Below are positions 12,217 through 20,900 of a DNA stretch of 64,000 bases, piece after piece. A program made the position numbers and the translations under genes. Every line of letters begins with the position of its first letter. The stretch's first letter is position 1. A model generated the notes under the pieces. It ran no database searches. It saw only the letters and a list, made by a program, of their open reading frames with translations, and was not told the DNA's origin. Origin of the DNA: Podarcis bocagei (lineage: Eukaryota); NCBI GenBank assembly GCA_964188305.1, contig OZ076889.1. One strand, given 5' to 3'.

Positions 12217-12940
12217 CCGTATTTTTCGCTCCATAAGACACACTTTTTCCCTCCTAAAAAGTAAGGGAAAATGTGTGCGTCTTATGGAGCGAATGCAGGC
12301 GGGAGGCAGGTGGGAAAAGCCCCCAAGAGCTGCACACATGCTCCACGCGGCTCTTGCGGGCTTTTCCCCGAGGAAGGAGAAGGGCAGCCTGTCACTGACA
12401 GGCTGTCCTCCCACCTCGTAGAAAAGCCAGCAAGGGCTGCGCTCCCTTTAAAGAGTGTGAGGCTCTTGTTGGCTTTTCTGCAAGGTGGGGGAATTCCCCG
12501 ACCTCTTGCAAAAGCCCCCAAGAGCCATGCACTCTTTAAAGAGCACCCGGCTCTTGCGGGCTTTTGTGGGAGGTTGGGGAAGGGACAGAGGGCAGTCCCT
12601 TAGTCCCTTCCCCCACCTCCTGGAAAAGCCCCCACCCCCACACAAGCCACGTGAAGCGTGTGTGTGGCTCTTGGGGGCTTTTCTCTGAGGAGGGAGAAGG
12701 TCAGCCCATCAGTGATAGGCTGCCCTTCTCCCTGCTGGGGAAAAGCCTGCAAGCACCGCACACATGCTCCACGTGACTCGGGAAAGGGAGCGCTGAGCAG
12801 AACCTGGGATGCATACAGGCTCTGCTCAGCGCTCCCTTTAAAAATATTTTTTTTCTTGCATTCCCCCTCTAAAAACTAGGTGCGTCTTATGGCCAGGTGC
12901 GTCTTATGGCCAGGTGCGTCTTATGGAGCGAAAAATGCGG
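12217..12940. mobile_element. Tc2/pogo-like non-autonomous DNA transposon, 724 bp, with a hairpin-tiled interior
   Basis: TIR CCGTATTTTTCGCTCCATAAGAC / GTCTTATGGAGCGAAAAATGCGG; TA on the left, TG on the right (decayed TA); subterminal 17-mer GGTGCGTCTTATGGCCA about 3 times at 12879-12926. Confidence 0.88.
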
Positions 12941-13256
12941 TGCGTGTAGGAATGTTGCAGAAGACTGCAACAGGCTAGCCCCAAGAACATCAGTTTCTTG
13001 AAACATAGCAAGGGATGTGTGCAAGAAAGCAGGTTTCGGCTCATGCAAAGGTAGATACAGATTTACATCTGGATACACACCTACACTGCAAAAAATCAGA
13101 GCCTGCCAAATATTTGGAATTCCCCCTGGATTTTCCTCCCTGCAATACCCTGATGCTCCCCACAACCTACTGGGGGGCAGGATGGATGTTGTTGAGAAGC
13201 AGCACTGGGAATGGATGGCTGTGAGCAGGCTGGCAATGAGAACAGAAGCACTAGAC

Positions 13257-13392
13257 CAGTGATGGCCAAACTTGGCCCTCCAGCTGTTTTGGGACTACAA
13301 CTCCCATCATCCCTAGCTAACAGGACCAGTGGTCAGGGATGATGGGAATTGTAGTCCCAAAACAGCTGGAGGGCCAAGTTTGGCCATCACTG
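13257..13392. mobile_element. hAT (Charlie-like) palindromic MITE, 136 bp
   Basis: Near-perfect ~58-bp inverted arms starting CAGTGATGGCCAAAC; 8-bp TSD cactagac/cactaggc with a CTAG core. Confidence 0.92.
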
Positions 13393-13417
13393 CACTAGGC
13401 GGATCAGCAGTAACAGC

Positions 13418-13542
13418 CATGGGTGTAGCCAAGGGGGGGGGGGGCTGATGCCCATCTAAATCAGTAAAAACCAATACAAATCTGAGGTTCTACCCTCCAA
13501 CAAAAGCCTACACCCCTAACAAAAATCCTGGCTACACCCATG
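13418..13542. mobile_element. hAT-type MITE, 125 bp
   Basis: TIR CATGGGTGTAGCCA / TGGCTACACCCATG; 8-bp TSD gtaacagc/gtagaagc (6/8 match). Confidence 0.8.
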
Positions 13543-13661
13543 GTAGAAGCCTCTGTCTTAATTGCCCTCAAAAGCTTTGTTGGGGCCCAGAGGCACCAGT
13601 GTTTTTCTTTTTTAGTGCTGTGCCCTTTAAAAATGTATTTTTTTTGGGGGGGGGGGAGTAG

Positions 13662-13862
13662 CCAACTAAGTAGTTCCACTAGTCAGTGTTTTAGCTGCAC
13701 AGTCGAACTTCCTGCCCTCTTTTCTCTTTACACACACTGTAAATCTGCTCTGGAGGATTGGGGAAACAGATTTAAGGGATGGAACAGATTTAAGGGGTAC
13801 AAGGAAGTTCCACTACACAGCTAAAACTCATTCAGCTGGCAGAACTGTTTACTTGTATTTGG
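13662..13862. repeat. Degenerate palindromic MITE-like repeat (similar elements near 19430-19625 and 48220-48480)
   Basis: Inverted arms gttttagctg...gaacttcct / aggaagttc...cagctaaaac. Confidence 0.5.
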
Positions 13863-14599
13863 GCCATATTATTTTAAGGGGGAGGTTGATGTAAGCAAAT
13901 ATCACACTGAATTGACTAGTTGAGTCTTTGTATGTAAATATGGATGCATGTTCCTGTCTGTGTCCAGCACACTGAAATGGTGCTCTTATCACAATACTTG
14001 TTTGTAAACTGTTTTGAGTAAAAACACATTTCGAAAGGTATGATACATAATTTTATTAGAAATTAAAAGAAGTAGTTGTGCAGAACTAGTGATGTGCAAG
14101 TAGAGCTGGACTGCAGCCCAGATCTAACATGCCAAACTCTTGCCTTGATAAAAATTATAAACAAACCCGAAGTATATGGGAATACACTATATTATACTTA
14201 TATCCTCGTTGTGCCTTCAAAAGCCCCATCAAACACAAGGAAGGCTACACTGTTCATCCCTGGACTACTTAGTGTTTGATCTTTGAAAAAAGACATTATT
14301 TCTCTTAGTTATGGAGAGGAATGAAAGAACAACCATGGACTCTTCCAAGACAAAGGTAAACTAGATTTTAGTAGAAACTTCAGTGTAACTGCAAATTTAT
14401 TTAATGTTTCTAATGTCACTGAAAAAGTACAATTTATGAAAGCTGTCGTCCTGTTCTGCTACATCTTTTTTTTTTTTAAGGCGGTTCCATAAAAACTCAC
14501 CCCCATTAAATGTAAAGAGTGTAGGTGAAGAGAATACAGAGGAGACATTTGGGTTTTGCATAACCTCTAATATCAGTTTAAACAGCAATGTAAAAATGA

Positions 14600-15010
14600 G
14601 GAGGTACATCGGAGGCAGCACTTGCTGCTGCCAGGGAGCCTCCCGCTTTCCCCATCATACTGAATGGGGTAATAGACACAAAAAGGAACACTTTGTTACA
14701 AGTTTCCATTAATTGACAACAATAATGCCTTAAGATTTAATACTAATGCATTCAAGACATTAATGATAATCCATTAATATGAGGGACCTGACAATGTAAA
14801 AGTGGAATCAAAGATATGATCCACCGTAACAATGTAACAGTTGGGTGGGGATAACAGCTTGCATATTGAATATAAAGGGCTGGTGAATTGATATCAGCAA
14901 AGAAACTGACTAATACGGTGGCTTTGTAACAGAGAAAAAATGGGCACATATAAAATTGTCATTAAATACTATTGCTACATGAACAAGCAGCAGCATTATG
15001 GGCCCATATT
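14600..15010. promoter_or_regulatory. Candidate conserved enhancer with clustered DMRT, TCF/LEF, SOX and homeodomain sites
   Basis: GTAACAATGTAAC at 14826-14838, ACAATGT at 14791-14797, TTGTTACA at 14693-14700, TTTGTAACA at 14923-14931, ATTGCTACAT at 14971-14980, ATCAAAG at 14807-14813 and many TAAT sites. Repeat-free. Function is inferred. Confidence 0.5.
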
Positions 15011-16796
15011 TTTGATTACAGAGGTTTGTGTTCCTAAAAATCCAAATGTTAGGAATAAACCAATCATTAGCAATATTTTATTTCAATAGGAAGATATGCA
15101 TTCTTGCAGTCCTCCAAGACAATGCCTCATAGACTCAAAAGTGAACAGCAGGTGGAATTAATTTTACATGGAGAAAATTGCAACCGAATTGGCACAACAG
15201 AAGCCTACAGCCAATTTCATGCTGGATGTATACATTCACTAACCAACCAACCACACAGCATAAACATATCCACAAATTCAGATCAAGTTGTGGAAGAGTA
15301 TAGGAAACTACCTTTAAAACCTCGAACTGCTATTCCTGTCAATCATTTGGGTGCATTTGCGACTTGATTATGAGATCATGCGAGATGAAAAGAAATAAAT
15401 AAACAAATGTTGATGTTGAGATGGGTAAAATGGAAGCATGGTATAAAATACGTCACAGGAAGATTAAACGATATTTAATAAATTAATAGGGAAATATGTA
15501 GCCAAAATATAAGAAATAAAGCTGAAGAAGATAAAAACAGCACGATGATCTCACAAATAAAACTTCTTATATAAGTTAAAGGTAATTTAAAAAATATTCT
15601 ATACAATTATCTGGTTTCCACATCACATTAAACCATACATAAAAATGAACATGCAGTGTGCTGGTGCATAGCACTGGAAAATTCTCCTCTGCTTCTGCTA
15701 CAGTGCTGGAAAAACAAGCCAGAATTTAGAGAGAAACAAACTGTGAACCTAGGTTTGGATGTCACAGCAAGTCAGACTCTGGCTTGTTTCGTAGTGGCAT
15801 GGCAGCAGCAGGAGCAGGGGAGGAACAGAGCAAGAACGTTTGCGCACCATGCACTAGCATGCTGCATGTTCACATTAAACCATTAATGTGATGTGAAAAC
15901 CATGCTAATGCATATCAGTATTTCAGCAAGCCCACTCATTAGAAGTATGGTTGACAACAATCTAAATGAACATTTGCAGATGAATGCTAATTAAGGGCAC
16001 AATTCAGAATCCACTTCAGAGAAAATTTTGATGCAGAAACAAGTGGTAGACCACAGTTCCATTCATTCCATTGGAAGGGTTAAGCATGACCTTAACTGTC
16101 TCTAATTAAACTGCATGGGGCTTTTAACTTGGAGTAGATTTCATTCTTCCTACTTATGTATGGAATTTGTTTTTTACATTTCTTCTGTTTGCAACTTGTA
16201 TAGCTTTTCAATTAAGGTAAGAAGCTGGATCTTTCCAATACATTCCATATTGTCTAATGTTGAGTTTCATGTGGGGGGGGCATGAAATAGTGTGACATGA
16301 ATACATCACTGTATGTCCTGTGTGCATTCACTAATGTAATTGTTTTAGAAGACTCCCCCATCCACATTTTGCACTTTTGGTAAAAAATAATATATTGGCT
16401 TTACTAGCCACCTTATAATCATACACTAGTTTCATATATCCAACATTCTGAAAAGCAGAACACCACTGACAATATTTATACGTTTGTTTCTGATTCATAT
16501 TAAATCTTCATACTTGGATACAATCTTGGGTTATATGCAGAAAAACCAATGATCTGTTTAGTAGCTGATGTTTCTGTGGTGCTCTCAAATGCTATACCCT
16601 ACACCTAGATTTTTGTTGCTTTTTAAAAAAACCAAAAAGCTTATAAAATTATTTTGATACAGTTTTAGGCAGCAGGTATAGTTGGGTTGGTTTGTATAAT
16701 TCAGGCTTCAGAACCAGTTCCCTGGGTACACATTATTCAGGATCAATAATGAAAATGCAATGAGGAAGATTTCTTAATACACTGTAATTTTACATT

Positions 16797-16802
16797 TTTA
16801 TT
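16797..16802 (-). terminator. Distal poly(A) signal AATAAA of FAF1
   Basis: tttatt on + strand, about 1.03 kb after the stop. On the minus strand it is preceded by TGTA and U-tracts and followed by U-rich sequence. Confidence 0.5.
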
Positions 16803-17684
16803 GTTTGGTGAAATAAACAAGGTGCTTTAAAACAGCAGAAAAAAAATACAAACAAGTGCCAGAATGAAAGGAAGCAAAAAGGAAATAAAGGGCAGAGAGA
16901 AGGGTTCCTGTAATTTCTTCCACAATGATGAGCAAAAAATAAAATAAAATGTGTGTTTGCTATTTGAAACACTTTTAGAGGCTGGTAGTCAATGTCAACT
17001 TATTACTGAACTATCAGCTAGATACCAGTTATTTAGCACTGGCTCATTTCTGAACATTATTTAGATATTCACATCATCAGCAGTTCAGCACACTGCAGTG
17101 TAATGGAAAGTACTCCCTAAACTGAATTGGAACTGAGATCCAAAAGGGAAAAAAGGTAAATAAATATCTTGCATATATGTCAAACTATATTCTCCAAACA
17201 AAACCTTACATCTTATGAAAGGAGTCAGAAAGTACCAACAAAACAAAACAAAACAAAACAAAAAAAGGTTTCTGCTTTCTACTACTATAATACTGTTAAA
17301 TCTCCAAGGCTGAAAATGTCCCATGTGTTGATTTTCTGCCTTTTTTAAAAAATTAGGTGGTGAAGTAGAAATTCAAACACAGGAAGAAAATGCATATATA
17401 TGAGAGCACTGGTTCACCGAAATATCAAATATACAGTATTCTAGTGTCAAAAGTACAGGCAGAAATGTCCAAGAATTCTTGGTGAAAAGGGGGTAATTGA
17501 GGAGTAAAAATTCTACTTGACAATCACTCACATTTTAACAGTGCATTAATTATAACAAAAGCCAGATGGTAAGTGAGCAACAGAGTCATAGTGTTCAGTG
17601 TTTACTGCAGAATATTTCTTTTCTGCTCATTTAAATGAGGTTGGAAACATATACTCATGTATGGAAAACTTTTAAGGAGCTATG

Positions 17685-17690
17685 TTTATT
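17685..17690 (-). terminator. Proximal poly(A) signal AATAAA of FAF1
   Basis: tttatt on + strand, 141 nt after the stop codon. Confidence 0.55.
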
Positions 17691-17831
17691 CTTCCTTTCC
17701 GGCTTCTTGAAAGAGGCAGAGTTGTGACATTGATTTTTGAGTTAAATGACAGTACACGGTGATTTGGATAAAGCGTTCACCGTGCCTCGTTCATTATCAA
17801 AGGATTGCTTAGTCCTCCAATCTGGCTCGAT

Positions 17832-17915
17832 CTATTCTTTTGCCTCTAGGAAAAGTGTTTCTTGAGGGTACAATTTTAATTCCAGTAATGATTTATTTGG
17901 ATCCAGCTGGGTCAC
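17832..17915 (-). CDS. FAF1: FAF1 terminal coding exon (84 nt including TAG)
   Basis: Acceptor tcttcacag|GTGACC; encodes VTQLDPNKSLLELKLYPQETLFLEAKE, stop TAG at 17832-17834. Confidence 0.96.
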   Translation of the reverse strand: MTQLDPNKSLLELKLYPQETLFLEAKE

Positions 17916-20900
17916 CTGTGAAGACAAAAAAATTAGAGAAAAAAACATGAAAAAACAAGTACAGGTAGCGGTCATATACATTTTCAAAAGCAAACTGATA
18001 ACTATTTTAGGGCCTTTTAATTTTTTTACTTATAACATTCAGGAAAATAGCATCAATTCATACATAAGAATATGTATATATTTGCAATGGGCTGCAAGAA
18101 AGATAGGTTTGTTGTAAGTTGCATTTTGTATCACCTGGCAAAAGGTCTCTTATTTTCTTTATTTAGAGAATCTATCAGCATTTGTCAATGCAGATGTTAT
18201 GTTTGTGAGATTATTGGAATCTTACAGGTACACAGGACAGAAACGACATGCCTAGCACTTTTTTCTATATAGACCCAAAATACTCACTTAATTTAATTGG
18301 TGTTTCAAATATGTAAATGGCTTAGACATCCTCTAATAATTGCAATTTGATTTTGCAGTGCATTGCAGAGAGCATGTCACCTATGTACAGTGGAACCTCG
18401 GGTTGCGGACGTAATCCGTGATGGAGGCACGTCCACAACCTGCAGCGTTCGCATCCTGAAGCGCCGTGTCTGCGCAGGCATGATTTGGCGCTTCTGCGCA
18501 TGTGGCGAAACCCGGAAGTAACCCGTTCCTGTACTCCTGTTTTCCCGCAGTCCGCAACCCGAAAACACGTAACCTGAAGCGGCTGTAACATTATGTATGA
18601 CAGTAATTGACAAATCCATTTCAGCTCACTCCATGCTTAAATTCCATTGACTTTCTTTCCCCAATAGTGCTTGGATATGATTACATTTTCCAAGTTTAAA
18701 ATCTGGGCTTGAAAAGATATATTACTGGAAACTCTACTGCATAATAGGAGAGTGATTTAATTGTTTATCCACACCTGTGAAACCATACTGTATGATTTAC
18801 CAACAATTGCTGTCTAGTGAAACATATACATTAGAAAGGAGCACAGCTCTACTACAAGATGCATGTACACTTTTGTGTAGAAGTATACAGTATACCTTCC
18901 CAGCAATTACAATTTGAGCTTTTAGGATAGGGTCTCACCTGAAAACATTAAATACATGTTTTGTTAGACCAGATTGCCATTCCCCCCTCTCCCGCTCATA
19001 CTCTGTATGCAAAACTTGTTTTCACTGGCAGACTGTACATGGGCAGTAAATTGTGGGATGATGAATAACTGCATTGGAATAAGTAGCTGCAATCAAAGGC
19101 TCAAGCGTGTAACCACATAGGGTGCATTAAAATTTGAAATAAGTAGTAACTGTCTACTGCTCACAAACACGGGGCAATTTTATGTCAGGCATTACTGAAC
19201 AAATCAAGTTCCAGTAGTTGCTGAAGTCCCTCTTTGTGAACAGAAAAAAGATAGTTCCATACCATTGTTACTTGAGTCTCATTCCTAGTGTTATACCCCA
19301 CCTCAGCCCTCCACTGGCGTTCTAGCTTTGTTTCAACCGTTCCATTTTTCTGTGTTTTTAAAATTGAATTGATTTTATTTTGTTTGGATGGTTAGTATTT
19401 TAAATTCTATACTGCTTGTTGCACTTGGTGACGCTCCGCTGATGGAAGGCATCTGTCAGCAGAACAGGGAGGAAGGGAATTTTCTGGGGGTTGGGGGACC
19501 TTCCGAGGCAGATTTCAGATGGAGTGGTGGTCTTTGGGAGGGGAAGGGAGCACCTAACTTTCTATTCCTCCCTGCTCCACTGATGCGTGCCTTTTGTCAG
19601 CAGAATGACACCAACTAGATTCTACCACATACATAAATATGTCATAACACCATACCATGAATGCTTGAGATTATAAAATGTTTTAAAAGCCCATTAAAAA
19701 AGATTTGTGATATAGCATTTTCTACAAAGTATAGCATTTTCTCCAAAGAACATACCACTTAAAATGAATGGGAAGAAACTATCTTAGAAAATATGTTTTA
19801 TAAAACTACTGCGACTCTGAATTCTGTTTTGCACTTACAGAAGCCTAATAAGCTTTTTGTTTCATATTTAAAGCCTTTAGCATTTCACTGCTACAGTGCT
19901 GAACCATTCTTTGGACAAGAGGTACTGTGCACCTGAGAAAAGCAATTTGCTTTCTCTGTTCAGTTCAAGTCTGTATCTAATTAAATCCACTCACTTTCCA
20001 AATCCCATAACCCCTTTATTGCAAAAGCAAGGAAAGGTAAGTAGAGTGAGAATGTCTTCTGTGTATCAGGCGAAAACTGGTTTGAAAAGCGAGGCTGGGT
20101 TAATGAACACTATCCTCCAGACTGTAACCAGATGGAAACCTATTATTCACTTGAGTGTAATTAAGGATGCACATCCTAATCGGAACTCTTGGGTTTATAA
20201 ACTCAAGTTACCCTTAATAACAACTATCAACGATGTCCTTTTCTCAAGTGTTTTCAACTTTGGAGGTTAGCTGAGTACCTGTGCTAAGAGGAGGTTTGCT
20301 GCTTTTCACCCTTGATTTCAGTGTGCCTGCTGGTTTTTTAATTCACCTAGGGACTGCAGAGTTTGCAAATGTTTACACCATTACCCAATTAACTAACAAT
20401 ATGGCTCCTACATCTGTCAACAAACAAAGCTGTTGTTGCTTTGTTTTAGCTGCTTGGCATTTTCTGTTCATATGGGTCGCTATTGTACTTAATTATCACG
20501 CCAGATCCCGTCTGCAGCATTTACTTTGTTATTTGTAGTATGTAAATATGTTGCTTTAGCATGGAAAACAGAAGCTTTATTATCACTCCTCTGACCAAAA
20601 GATAGGCTTTAGATGGCAAGCAAAAAACCTGAAAGCAGCAACAACTGAAGGGAGAATTAGAAACAAGTTATCTCTGGGCATATTCAGGCAGTACTTTCCT
20701 CCTGAAATTGTATCCAGGATGACGGCAAGAACCGTCTTCATGAACATGGTCTTCTTCCCTCCCATGCCCTCTTCACCACTTTCTGATACCTGATACCGTG
20801 TGTGTGTGTGTACTTCTGATCTGACGCCCTGCAAAGTTATTTTTACATTCTTTTAGTTCAAATAACAGTTCTCTGTTGGAAAGTAAATCAAAGTAAATCA

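Larger units (their letters stand above)
16780..17831 (-). other. FAF1: FAF1 3' UTR (extent inferred to the distal poly(A) signal; could be longer)
   Basis: Follows the stop codon, is free of interspersed repeats and U-rich on the minus strand, and is bounded by AATAAA at 16797-16802. Confidence 0.6.

Noticed and set aside
12312-12780. CRISPR-like repeat-spacer array
   Set aside because: Eukaryotic DNA with no cas genes. The units are inverted pairs inside a TIR-bounded transposon and the spacers are related to each other.
12166-12879. Many overlapping ORFs
   Set aside because: A by-product of GC-rich palindromic MITE sequence that is poor in stop codons.
19896-20270. 124-aa ORF
   Set aside because: No homology recognised, no splice or codon-bias support, non-ATG start.
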